From Euryarchaeota archaeon TMED192 (lineage in GTDB: Archaea; Thermoplasmatota; Poseidoniia; Poseidoniales; Thalassarchaeaceae): DNA of 64,000 nucleotides. The DNA lies in contig NHIP02000014.1 of NCBI GenBank assembly GCA_002170775.2, forward strand, positions 44,462 to 108,461, written 5' to 3'. A program made the position numbers and the translations under genes. Every line of letters begins with the position of its first letter. Position 1 is the first letter of the stretch. Of this stretch, positions 23,718 to 33,134 are shown one piece after another. The notes under the pieces are model-generated. The model saw only the letters and a program-made list of their open reading frames with translations. It did no database searches and was not told where the DNA came from.

Positions 23718-26700
23718 CAGATATCCTCTACCCTACTTCCGCAGGCTGGACAAGAAGTACGACGGATTTTCTTCGAGAGGTCGAATCGTGTAAAACACGA
23801 TTCACATGTCACGGTTCTGAAAGGATTTGATGGATCAACTTGCACAGGCGGCGCCGGAACTTCTTGTATCGCAATTTCTTTTGGAGGGGGGATACTCACT
23901 GGCAAGACCTCTTCAACAGCATCCTCATCAATCTCCAACGCATCTTCCGGATCTGCCTCTATGATCACCGAAGCTGACCTCCGGCGGTCCGAGATATTCG
24001 TCAGGCCCTGTCTTATGGTGCCCACTAGCAGGGACAAGAGAATTACGAGCATGACCGTCGCAAGACCTGCAAGGAGGATGTTGAATTCGGTGTCATCCAA
24101 TCCAAGCGAATCCTTAGCCTGTTCAAAGATATTTGACGGCCCGTCATCGAGATTGCCGTTACTAATGACTTCAACCAAAGACCAACTCCCTGCCATGGTT
24201 TGTTGCATATATGGGATAGAAAGCCCATCAGACCGGTCCGATACCCCGTATATCCAGCCGCTCGATATCCTGTTCTCTAGCCCAATCCACCCTTCTTCGG
24301 GATCAATTATTCCAATATTCGCTACGGGGCCAATGGGGCTGACTGAGTCGTGAATGATGTAGAATGCGCCCCCTCGCTGAGATATCGCCGCTAAACTCGC
24401 TCCTCTTGCAAGTATCGAATAGGAGGCCCCGTTGATAGTTGAGAAACCCTCGTCCACAATAACCATTCTCAGTACGGAGGAATCCCCCTCCCCTTCAATC
24501 CAACCTATCGCAATCCTATCTTCATCATCGACCTCGTCAACAGCCATTGTGGGGGATCTTCCCTCTACTGCGATGGCTCGTTTGTAAGTCCAGGAATCAT
24601 CTCCAAGTATGCCATGGGCGTACCAAAGCCCGAGTACGTCTTCTGAGCTGGTGTCATTCCTAGACGATGTGTACAGGAGATGGAGTAAGTCTTCTCCAAT
24701 TTCAACTTCTATCTCAACATTGGGCTCCGATAAGGTATCGATATCCTCTATCACGTTCACGACTAATTCCCACTCGCTAGCAGATTGAGGGTCTTCGGCA
24801 TGAAGGGTGAAAATTGATTCTAAGGGCTCAAAGGCCGACCCTGATGATAGATCCCTAAGACAACCAGCGATTACAACGAGATCATCTTGCTGATCTATGT
24901 CGACTCCGAAGTAATCGCCAAGATTCATCGGCAATGGTTCCATCAGGTCTTGCGGTACCGTGGAGGTGCATTGGTCGTCTACCGTGGAGTAGGATACCGT
25001 CTCGCTAAGTACACCGGTGCCCGTAACAAGCCTCCTCGTCCAGACTACATGTGCAATACTGCTGTCATCTACAGTCGCGGTTATCGAACCACTCCAGAAT
25101 CTCTCTAGAGGGGTAATGCAGCGAACTATCGTGCCATCTTCTTCTATTTTGTGCATTATTATCTGAGTTCCTTCAGAGGTCAAAATCAGACCAGTTTTCC
25201 TAAATGCTAGAACTGCTAGAGGCTCCTCATCCTCTGATAATGAAACAAGCCGACTGGAGACTCTTGAATCATCGATGACTATCACGCCCTCGATTTCATT
25301 CGAACTCCAATCCTCGTCAACCAGTTCCGGTCCACTGACGGTTATGCGATATTCCATGGGTCCCGCTGTAGATGCGGATAGGGGGAACTCAACCATAGAA
25401 ATCTGACCTGCAGGTATCATGGAGAGTGATCTCGACAGAATCGGTAACCAGCCTCCTGACTCTTTGATGTGGAGAGTAGCTTCTATGCCTGGGGAGTCAA
25501 GATTGCCATCATTTCGAAGCATGGTGATCAACGTAAACTGATCACCAGGATTGGGAATCACCGGCGACGTTGCAATACCTCCTTCCACCAAGACTATGTC
25601 GGTCCCTTGCTTCAAAGGCATAACCTCAAAATCCAGGCTGGCCAAATTGTCCGATTCGTCCAGCTCTTCAATCGTGTCCGATGGATCTACAACTATGGAA
25701 AGGTCCTTTGTACCTGAAACTGAGGGATTCCAGTAAAGGGTGAACGCAGCCTTTTCACTCACTGAAATCTTGGGTATCGTTGCTTCAAACCTGCGCTGAC
25801 CATCTTCGTAAAGGCTGACCATGACCCCTGAGGCACCCACATCCCCTTCGTTACGTATCTCGCCTCTTACTTCGAGGAATGAACCCACTCGGGCCTCATC
25901 AATGGGGATCCCATAATCAGTAACCAATGAGCCGTCCATTATGATCAAATTTGGTCTGGGGGGGAGGTTATCAACTTCCACAGTCCTTCTGTCAATCTCG
26001 CTGAAAAGACCATCCCCGCTCTCCAATCTAACACGGATGTCGCGTTCTCCTTCTTCCATATCGGATGTATCTATTGAAATCTCGAACTCCCCTGTGTACT
26101 CGTCCCGATCCTTATTGACTTCTGATAATGATGGCCCGTCAAACCACTGGCCATCATCAATCTTCCACCTGATTATCCCTCCATCCACTGTCGAATATGA
26201 GCCGCTCAACTCCATCAACCCTGATACTGTGCTACCGGGCTCAGGTATTGATAACCCGAGATCGATTTTTCCAATCGCATGGAAGCTTCTGTTCACTGCG
26301 CTCCATCTTCCTGATTCATTCCTGGCCTTAGTCTCCAGAGAGAGCCGAGCATCAAAATACCCATTCACATCGATTATCGGCACGGATACTATTGAGGACC
26401 ATCGTCCATCTTCGTCAAGAGACAAATTTGTCCAATTTGACTCTTGTTTTACCAACTCAACCTGTCCGCCGGGCTTTTCCTTCTTGTAGGAATAACCAGT
26501 CCTAATCTGAACCTCTTCTACGCTCAAGGTCCCTTCCTCATCTTCATTTAGAGTGCCGCTGAATGAGTAGTTTTTACCTTGGACAACCCAATCGTTTTCT
26601 GCTGGCGAGTCGATGTAAATCCATTCTTCGCCGGTTTGTATTTGGGCACAGTCGCCACCTATTAGACAACTGTATAGCCGTTCACCATCGACTATTCCAT

Positions 26701-28339
26701 ATCCATATTGGTTGTTCCATCTATCCGAGTTTCCAGGGTCGCTAGGATCTCCCCTCTGCTCAGAAGTGACTTTGATGATAGTCTTCACATCCTCCGGGGA
26801 GAGCGTATCGTCGTAGGATAAGATCAAAGCAGCCAAACCAGCAACAGCAGGACATGCCATGCTGGTCCCTGATTTCTCGGTGTAACTATCATCGGCCAAG
26901 TTCTCATCACCCACAGGGAGTGGGTTCGGAGCCGCATATTCAGCGGAAACAATTCCACTTCCAGGTGCTACAACATCTGGCTTGTGCTCATCTTCACTGT
27001 CGCCATCATCGTCGCTGACCCTAGGGCCGTAATTGGAGTAGGAAGCTATCTCGTCATCCCCTCTTTCTATTGAATCATCTTCATCGATCGCACCTACAGT
27101 TATTGCCTTGTCCGCAGCCCCTACCGAAGTGACTCGGTTAGAACCGTCATTACCTATCGCCGCAACTGCGACAATACCTGCCTCGACTGCCTGGTTGACT
27201 GCCCGAGCATCTGCGTTCTGCCCATCGTCGCCTTGATCGTCTCCTCCGGGATTGCTAATGGAGCCGAATGACATCGACATCACATCGATCCCACGACTAG
27301 ATTCGTTGTTACCCCAGTCTGTATCCGCGTTGTTGGCAACCCAATTGATTCCTTTCAGAGTCGCCGCCGAGTTCGTAGTGCCGATGTCATTGAGTACCTT
27401 AACGTCAACTAGGTAAGATCCAGGAGAGTATCCGATATGCTCACGTTCGCTATCACCTGTGCCGAGTGCAATCCCTGCGACATGGGTTCCGTGACTATCT
27501 CCATCATCAGGATCAAAATTCCCGTCTGAACACTCTGTCTGCTGGCTGGATGTAGCATCGCAGCCTGCAATCCACTTGGGGTCAGCAAGGTCTCCTGGCT
27601 CATTCGTGTTGTCCGTATTAGCATCGGAGAAGTCATCCAGTCCGAAGTGCTCGTTGTCTACGCCAGTATCGAGAATGGCAATAACAACGCCTTCGCCCAT
27701 GTAGCCGTTGCTCCAGAATGAATCTGGATACACTGAGCTCCCCCTCACCTTGGATGCATATGTAGCAGTTGCAAGATACGGTTCCAGCACATTCTGTTGC
27801 TCGATTAAGATGACGCCCGGCAGCGAGAGAATATCCGGGAGTGATGATACCGGAACTCTATCCAAGACTATCGAATCGAGTATATCCATCTGAAAGAACC
27901 ACGAGCTCTCTTCAAGCCATCCATGTTTCATCAGAACGCTTCTGAGAGATTCCGCGTCTGTCTCTCCTGGGTGCCACGCATAATCCACAACTATGGCGAC
28001 GGTTTTTCTCCCATCCGGCCCTATGATTGCCGTGGGGGATATTGACTCAGACACACCGGTAAGAATACTTTCGAGACGATCATCCATTCCATCAGAGTCA
28101 CTATCTCTGCCATACGACTCCCACCAACCGTATGCTTCGACTGCCAGACCGGCATCACCGGGTGCATCTGAGTGTTTTATTTTGTCAGATCTGCACCACC
28201 CTTCGTCGCAGGACGTATTGTAATCATCTTCATGATTGAATTCAGATATATTTTCGAATGACGTAGCCCCTGATGATGCGTCCATTATTATGATGAGCAC
28301 TGATAGAAGCAGTGCCCGTCTGGCCCCTTTATGTTGCAT
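23717..28339 (-). CDS. Large membrane-anchored S8 (subtilisin-like) serine peptidase with Ig/CARDB domains and C-terminal zinc ribbon
   Basis: Triad AILDTG / SHGTHVAG / SGTSMACP, oxyanion AAIGN; CARDB (IRNEG..VVDP..IEELDESDN); TM; terminal CESC..CPACG. Start set at MQHKG before the signal peptide. Confidence 0.92.
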   Translation of the reverse strand: MQHKGARRALLLSVLIIIMDASSGATSFENISEFNHEDDYNTSCDEGWCRSDKIKHSDAPGDAGLAVEAYGWWESYGRDSDSDGMDDRLESILTGVSESISPTAIIGPDGRKTVAIVVDYAWHPGETDAESLRSVLMKHGWLEESSWFFQMDILDSIVLDRVPVSSLPDILSLPGVILIEQQNVLEPYLATATYASKVRGSSVYPDSFWSNGYMGEGVVIAILDTGVDNEHFGLDDFSDANTDNTNEPGDLADPKWIAGCDATSSQQTECSDGNFDPDDGDSHGTHVAGIALGTGDSEREHIGYSPGSYLVDVKVLNDIGTTNSAATLKGINWVANNADTDWGNNESSRGIDVMSMSFGSISNPGGDDQGDDGQNADARAVNQAVEAGIVAVAAIGNDGSNRVTSVGAADKAITVGAIDEDDSIERGDDEIASYSNYGPRVSDDDGDSEDEHKPDVVAPGSGIVSAEYAAPNPLPVGDENLADDSYTEKSGTSMACPAVAGLAALILSYDDTLSPEDVKTIIKVTSEQRGDPSDPGNSDRWNNQYGYGIVDGERLYSCLIGGDCAQIQTGEEWIYIDSPAENDWVVQGKNYSFSGTLNEDEEGTLSVEEVQIRTGYSYKKEKPGGQVELVKQESNWTNLSLDEDGRWSSIVSVPIIDVNGYFDARLSLETKARNESGRWSAVNRSFHAIGKIDLGLSIPEPGSTVSGLMELSGSYSTVDGGIIRWKIDDGQWFDGPSLSEVNKDRDEYTGEFEISIDTSDMEEGERDIRVRLESGDGLFSEIDRRTVEVDNLPPRPNLIIMDGSLVTDYGIPIDEARVGSFLEVRGEIRNEGDVGASGVMVSLYEDGQRRFEATIPKISVSEKAAFTLYWNPSVSGTKDLSIVVDPSDTIEELDESDNLASLDFEVMPLKQGTDIVLVEGGIATSPVIPNPGDQFTLITMLRNDGNLDSPGIEATLHIKESGGWLPILSRSLSMIPAGQISMVEFPLSASTAGPMEYRITVSGPELVDEDWSSNEIEGVIVIDDSRVSSRLVSLSEDEEPLAVLAFRKTGLILTSEGTQIIMHKIEEDGTIVRCITPLERFWSGSITATVDDSSIAHVVWTRRLVTGTGVLSETVSYSTVDDQCTSTVPQDLMEPLPMNLGDYFGVDIDQQDDLVVIAGCLRDLSSGSAFEPLESIFTLHAEDPQSASEWELVVNVIEDIDTLSEPNVEIEVEIGEDLLHLLYTSSRNDTSSEDVLGLWYAHGILGDDSWTYKRAIAVEGRSPTMAVDEVDDEDRIAIGWIEGEGDSSVLRMVIVDEGFSTINGASYSILARGASLAAISQRGGAFYIIHDSVSPIGPVANIGIIDPEEGWIGLENRISSGWIYGVSDRSDGLSIPYMQQTMAGSWSLVEVISNGNLDDGPSNIFEQAKDSLGLDDTEFNILLAGLATVMLVILLSLLVGTIRQGLTNISDRRRSASVIIEADPEDALEIDEDAVEEVLPVSIPPPKEIAIQEVPAPPVQVDPSNPFRTVTCESCFTRFDLSKKIRRTSCPACGSRVEDI

Positions 28340-28413
28340 ACGCGTACCGCCACTTCCGCATACGCCGTATAATCCCAACTTACCTATGTGCCCAAAAAAG
28401 CCAATCACATGGG

Positions 28414-29256
28414 TCAACTGCCATCTTGGAAGGCTTCCAAAATAGGAATGATCTCTGCATTATGCGCAAACTGGTTACTTGGCACTTCGATACACTGGGA
28501 ATTGGGGAGGTGCTCTGTAAGAAAATCGATCGCTCCGGCTGCATGAAGGGAGTCCGATTTAGCGGTTATCAGTGCAATCCTATCATCAACTGAAGATACG
28601 CCTTCCTCCATTTTGTACGCGCCATTCGACAATGCGCTTAACCGGAGCCTCTTCACGTTGGATGCGAGCAAGGTCCTTCGATATCTTATCCTCTGCCCCT
28701 CCTCTTTCAGTTTGAAGTCGAGATATACTATTGCGAGCCTAACCAATGGGGGGTAAACGAAGCTAGGCATCATTATCAGGAGACGACTCCAAAGTGGGAA
28801 GTCGAAACTCGTATTTGGGGCCAAAAGGGCCACGCTCCTGGGTTCGAAAGCACTTTCTGCCAACGCCTCGAGAATTATTGTGGCTCCCAGCGAGGAGGCG
28901 AACCAGTCATTACCAGAAGATATCTCTGGGAATTCTGCGATCACAGTCTTTAGATCCTCCACGCTTCGATGGATTGAGAGGTCTGATTTTCTTGGCCTGC
29001 CTATTGAAACAGCACTTCCTTTTTCCCTTGTTTCAATGTATGTCACCCTTCTCTTGGAAGCCCATTTTTCAACTATATCCTGCCATCCTTCGTAGACGCT
29101 GTTCCATCCTGGGATCATAACGAGAGGTGTGGAGCCTGAATCATTTTCTGGCACCCACCGCATGACTCGTATGGACCATCCATCATCCATTTTTACCATT
29201 TTTGACTCGGCCGTGGCACCGGCCACTTCTGGTATCTGAGTCCATGGGCTATCCAT
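28414..29256 (-). CDS. Alpha/beta-fold hydrolase
   Basis: LVMIPGW oxyanion, ASSLGA nucleophile elbow, candidate Asp (SDSLH) and His (FAHN). ATG 29256 follows a GAGGGG SD. Confidence 0.8.
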   Translation of the reverse strand: MDSPWTQIPEVAGATAESKMVKMDDGWSIRVMRWVPENDSGSTPLVMIPGWNSVYEGWQDIVEKWASKRRVTYIETREKGSAVSIGRPRKSDLSIHRSVEDLKTVIAEFPEISSGNDWFASSLGATIILEALAESAFEPRSVALLAPNTSFDFPLWSRLLIMMPSFVYPPLVRLAIVYLDFKLKEEGQRIRYRRTLLASNVKRLRLSALSNGAYKMEEGVSSVDDRIALITAKSDSLHAAGAIDFLTEHLPNSQCIEVPSNQFAHNAEIIPILEAFQDGS

Positions 29257-29288
29257 TTCATACCCCTCGAGACAAATCAGCAGCCTCA

Positions 29289-29879
29289 TCACTCAAATTC
29301 GAGTGAAGGGCGCTGTCTTGCTGCCATATCATCCATCACGTAAAGCTCGAGCTCTCCCTTACCCATCCAGCTCGCAACCATGACGTTGGGGAAGACCTCG
29401 ATCAAATTGTTAAAGTTGGTAGCAGCCGAATTGTACGCCTCACGCCTGTCGCTAATGATGTTCTCGATATCGCTGATCTGATCTTGCAATGCAAGGAAAT
29501 TCTCGCTTGCCTTCAGGTCGGGGTACTGCTCTGCCACAGCGTAGATCTTGGGAAGCATCTGTCCAAGTAGTGCCTCATTCTTCATCACGCCCCCGACATC
29601 ACCTCCCTTCGAGGCACTTGCAGCAGCCATTCTCGCCTCTGCAAACTGGTCGAACATTTGTTTCTCGTGCTTAGCATAGCCTCGGACAGTTTCCACTAGG
29701 CTGCTAAACTGGTCGTAGCGCTGTTGTAGGACAACGTCCACATTGCTCCACATTCTGTCACACTCATTTTCCGCGCGAACTATTCTGTTGTAGAGCCCTA
29801 TAGCCCAAAATAGTAGGACTAGTACGAGTAGTCCGGAGCATCCAAGAGTAGCTAGTAAGACGATGTTTGCTGTAGCCAT
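29289..29879 (-). CDS. lemA: LemA family protein
   Basis: N-terminal TM, YNRIV, WSNVDVVLQQRYD, LVETVRGYAKHE, AEQYPDLKASENFLALQ, RREAYN, FPNVMVA. Confidence 0.95.
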   Translation of the reverse strand: MATANIVLLATLGCSGLLVLVLLFWAIGLYNRIVRAENECDRMWSNVDVVLQQRYDQFSSLVETVRGYAKHEKQMFDQFAEARMAAASASKGGDVGGVMKNEALLGQMLPKIYAVAEQYPDLKASENFLALQDQISDIENIISDRREAYNSAATNFNNLIEVFPNVMVASWMGKGELELYVMDDMAARQRPSLEFE

Positions 29880-29930
29880 GACTCTTTGCAGTCGCAATGA
29901 TGGAATGAACCTTGGCCTCTCCGGCCCTGA

Positions 29931-31454
29931 TTATCCCGTAGTAGTGAATACATCGCCTTTTTCGTTGACAAGCCCTTCTTTGACGAGTCCCCTCAGATGC
30001 GAAAGAGTCTGATCGCGGACAAGAGATTCGGGTGCACCCGGGGCGTCTTTGTAGGCACTCAAGGCAATATCGCCTAAGCTACTCAACCCTCCTCTGACCG
30101 CATTCAAGACTTTGGAATGACGATCCATTCTGTGGTTCAATGTGCGCGAAAGGACCCTCAATGGCGCGGCACACACCGGGCCATGGCTGGGGAACAGGAG
30201 ATTCGGGCTCATAGCAGAAAGTCGTTCTAGACCATTCATGTACTGGTGCATATCTCCGTCAGCGGAGGGAACGAGTATGGTCCCGACCATAGTGACATTA
30301 TCTGCTGATAGCAGTCCTGACTTCGAAATCAGGGACACCATGCCGGGGCAATGTCCGGGCGTCTCGATAACCTTCCATGGCAAATTATCGTCGAGATCTA
30401 TGATGTCCCCCTCTTTGATCACGGTCCCACCCCCTATCGCAGCAAGCGTCTCGGAAGTACCGAGAACCTCGACGTCCACAATTTTTCGAATTCTGGCCCT
30501 ATCTCCAATATGGTCGGTATGGCGGTGAGTGTACAAGATTGACTTGATTCGTTTACCGCAGCTCTCTAGCTCGTTCAGGCGTCCGACGATTATGGCTTGG
30601 CCCTCTTCATCCTGAATTGCTGGATCTACAAGAAGCAAATCATCCCCCTGCCCGATTATGAAGCAATTAGTATGGGTGGATGGTGGAAGAGTCGCTGTCG
30701 GTATGGGCAGACACTCAACACCCGGCGCGAACTCGATCTTATGTGGCCCAATCGGCGGCTTGCCTGCAAGCTCGGAGAGAATTTCCAATACTCCTCGACC
30801 TTCACTGCAACGGTCAACGATATCTCGCATGAAAGTGACCTGGGGCGGAGCCATCCTTGCCGTACCCTGCTCCCATTGTTCCAAGATATCCTCTGGATTC
30901 CACCATTTGAATTCCGTGAATTCACTCCTCCCAGGGGGATGCTCAGGCTCTGGAGCATACTCACCAAGATGGATGTGGTAGAATCTATTCGTGTACCTTA
31001 CTGGGGCTAAAGGAGGGGTAGTCCGCTCTGTAACCAGCGAAGCCCCAGCCATATCCGCGGTTATCACTCCCCTAGCCAATGCCTCGGTCCAAGCCCCGGG
31101 CCCCTCAACCAGCTTCTTGCGCACACTGGGAGGAACGACAACCCAATTCCCTCCCTCCCCTTTCGAAAGGCCAGTCTCTTCCACAACCTCTCGGAATAGG
31201 GTTACTAGAGATTCCATGGATTGGACATCATCCCCCGAGCCTGACCTTTTCCTCGCATATTCGATGTCCTCCTTCGAAACACCACCTCCAGGGAATGCCC
31301 AGAACTCGGGAAAGGTTGGAACATCCGGATGTCTCAGCCCCATGAGCATCCTAATCGAACCGGGCTCCCCCTGGGTAAGTACTGCGCTTGAAGCACGCCT
31401 CGGCGGACGAACAGTACTACGCTCGTGGAGATTCATGGATAGACGAGGCCTCAC
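29931..31454 (-). CDS. NUDIX hydrolase - metallo-beta-lactamase (LACTB2-like) fusion
   Basis: FPGGG..REVVEETG split Nudix box; TLPPSTHTN, THRHTDHIG, TPGHCPG, FPSHG; C-terminal helical/wHTH segment. Confidence 0.88.
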   Translation of the reverse strand: MRPRLSMNLHERSTVRPPRRASSAVLTQGEPGSIRMLMGLRHPDVPTFPEFWAFPGGGVSKEDIEYARKRSGSGDDVQSMESLVTLFREVVEETGLSKGEGGNWVVVPPSVRKKLVEGPGAWTEALARGVITADMAGASLVTERTTPPLAPVRYTNRFYHIHLGEYAPEPEHPPGRSEFTEFKWWNPEDILEQWEQGTARMAPPQVTFMRDIVDRCSEGRGVLEILSELAGKPPIGPHKIEFAPGVECLPIPTATLPPSTHTNCFIIGQGDDLLLVDPAIQDEEGQAIIVGRLNELESCGKRIKSILYTHRHTDHIGDRARIRKIVDVEVLGTSETLAAIGGGTVIKEGDIIDLDDNLPWKVIETPGHCPGMVSLISKSGLLSADNVTMVGTILVPSADGDMHQYMNGLERLSAMSPNLLFPSHGPVCAAPLRVLSRTLNHRMDRHSKVLNAVRGGLSSLGDIALSAYKDAPGAPESLVRDQTLSHLRGLVKEGLVNEKGDVFTTTG

Positions 31455-31525
31455 GGGTTTCTAATCACATGTATGGTTCTTAGACATCTGAAAAGTGCTA
31501 TCCGCCATGCCTTGGAGGACCCTGT

Positions 31526-31894
31526 ATGAACCCCGCCTTCCTGGTCGCCACTGGCGGGGCGTTGGGCGCACTTGGGAGATGGGCAATCGGCTCATTGGGT
31601 GCAGGTATGGCATTCCCGTGGGCCACTCTGGGAGTCAACTTGATTGGCTCGCTGCTGCTTGGTGTACTCGCAGCCGCATTCTCAAGCGGCTCAATCTCTA
31701 AGGATGCAATTCTGCTCTTGGGCGTTGGATTCATGGGGGCATTTACAACGATGTCGACATACTCAATCGAGGCAGTTGAGATGGGCGAATCTGGTGCCTT
31801 TGGTGCTTTAGCAGCCTATGTTGCGGTGACAGCACTGGGTTGTCCATTATTTGCATTGGCGGGGTGGCGAGGTATGTCTCTGCTGATGCCCTAA
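31526..31894 (+). CDS. crcB: Fluoride channel Fluc/CrcB
   Basis: GGALGALGRW, FPWATLGVNLIGS, GFMGAFTTMSTYS. Confidence 0.93.
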   Translation: MNPAFLVATGGALGALGRWAIGSLGAGMAFPWATLGVNLIGSLLLGVLAAAFSSGSISKDAILLLGVGFMGAFTTMSTYSIEAVEMGESGAFGALAAYVAVTALGCPLFALAGWRGMSLLMP

Positions 31895-31925
31895 CCCCGC
31901 AAAGGGCCGCAGCCCTGAAGTTGGA

Positions 31926-32792
31926 ATGCCCCCTCTTCCACCCATGGAGCCCATAAGAGCGATCAATCGCGAGGTCGGTTCTGGCCGAGAGATTGCCTCG
32001 ATAGAAATTCCCAGAATCGGGTTAGGGGTCTGGATGATGAATGGCCCGAATGAGTGTAAGAACGCCGTAATCGATGCAATATCAATCGGGTATCGTATGA
32101 TAGATACCGCGCGATCATATGGAAATGAGGAGGAGGTCGGAGAGGCAATCAGAGAATCCGGGATTGACAGATCAGAAATCACAGTAGTCACCAAACTTCG
32201 CAGAATGCATGCGATCAGCTATGAATCTACTATTGAGCACTGCAAGATAAGTTTGGAGAAACTCGCGATGGATCAGATTGACCTCTATCTTGTGCATGCC
32301 CCTCCAGAAGATGCGGGTGCGAGAGAGCCGGTTTGGAGAGCCATGGAAGACCTTCTGGAAGCAGGCCTTGTGAGAACAATCGGAGTCAGCAATTACGGCG
32401 TACACCATCTGAGAGATCTTGAGTCGTATGCCAAGATAATGCCTTGTGTGAACCAGGTCGAGTTGAATCCATGGATTCAGAGACCTGAGCTCCATTCCGT
32501 CACTCGCGAGATGGGTGCGATAACCATGGCGTACTCCCCTCTCGCAAGGGGTCAGAAGGCCAATGATCCAGAAATCTCGGAGATATCTAACAAGATAGGC
32601 TGCACGGGTGCGCAGGCCGCCATTCGCTGGTGCCTAGACCAAGGCGCGGTAGTCATTCCAAAGTCCAGCGACCCATCTAGGCAGCGAGAGAACCTAGATT
32701 CCATGGGCGTTAATATCGACCCGATCAGAAACGAGATAGATAATCTGGACTCGAATCATGTCTCAGGATGGGACCCGACGGTGGAACCATGA
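31926..32792 (+). CDS. Aldo/keto reductase
   Basis: IGLGVW, GYRMIDTARSYGNE, VTKL, DLYLVH, IGVSNY, NQVELNP, AYSPL, VIPKS. Confidence 0.95.
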   Translation: MPPLPPMEPIRAINREVGSGREIASIEIPRIGLGVWMMNGPNECKNAVIDAISIGYRMIDTARSYGNEEEVGEAIRESGIDRSEITVVTKLRRMHAISYESTIEHCKISLEKLAMDQIDLYLVHAPPEDAGAREPVWRAMEDLLEAGLVRTIGVSNYGVHHLRDLESYAKIMPCVNQVELNPWIQRPELHSVTREMGAITMAYSPLARGQKANDPEISEISNKIGCTGAQAAIRWCLDQGAVVIPKSSDPSRQRENLDSMGVNIDPIRNEIDNLDSNHVSGWDPTVEP

Positions 32793-32977
32793 GCCAGATA
32801 AGAGACCCAGAAACCATTGAAGAGGAGTTGGAACTCTTCGCGGAGGCTGTGAGATTGGGCATCGACCCATTCCCGCCGAAGCGAGTACGTGGGAGGATAC
32901 TGCGCCTGTCTCTGGGGTGGTTCATGATCATCATCATGCTCTCCTGGGTCTCGCAGTTTCTCTACAGGGCGCTGTAA
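32789..32977 (+). CDS. Small single-TM membrane protein (62 aa)
   Basis: ATGA overlap with the reductase; MSQIRDPETIEEELELFAEAVRLGIDPFPPKR followed by a TM helix. Confidence 0.7.
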   Translation: MSQIRDPETIEEELELFAEAVRLGIDPFPPKRVRGRILRLSLGWFMIIIMLSWVSQFLYRAL

Positions 32978-32999
32978 GTTTGGATGGGAACAAACATAT

Positions 33000-33075
33000 T
33001 GGTAGTCCCGCCCGGATTCGAACCAGGGTCATGGCATCCAGAGTGCCATATGATGGACCACTACACTACGGGACT
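33000..33075 (-). tRNA. tRNA-Gln(CTG)
   Basis: Acceptor AGTCCCG/CGGGACT (A1-U72, archaeal tRNA-Gln hallmark), anticodon arm TGGCA-CT-CTG-GA-TGCCA, GTTCGAATC, encoded CCA. Confidence 0.97.
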
Positions 33076-33134
33076 TCGCCCCTGCGGTGGACGGTTTTGT
33101 ATTTCAACGAACCCATGATGGTCTATGAGCCATA

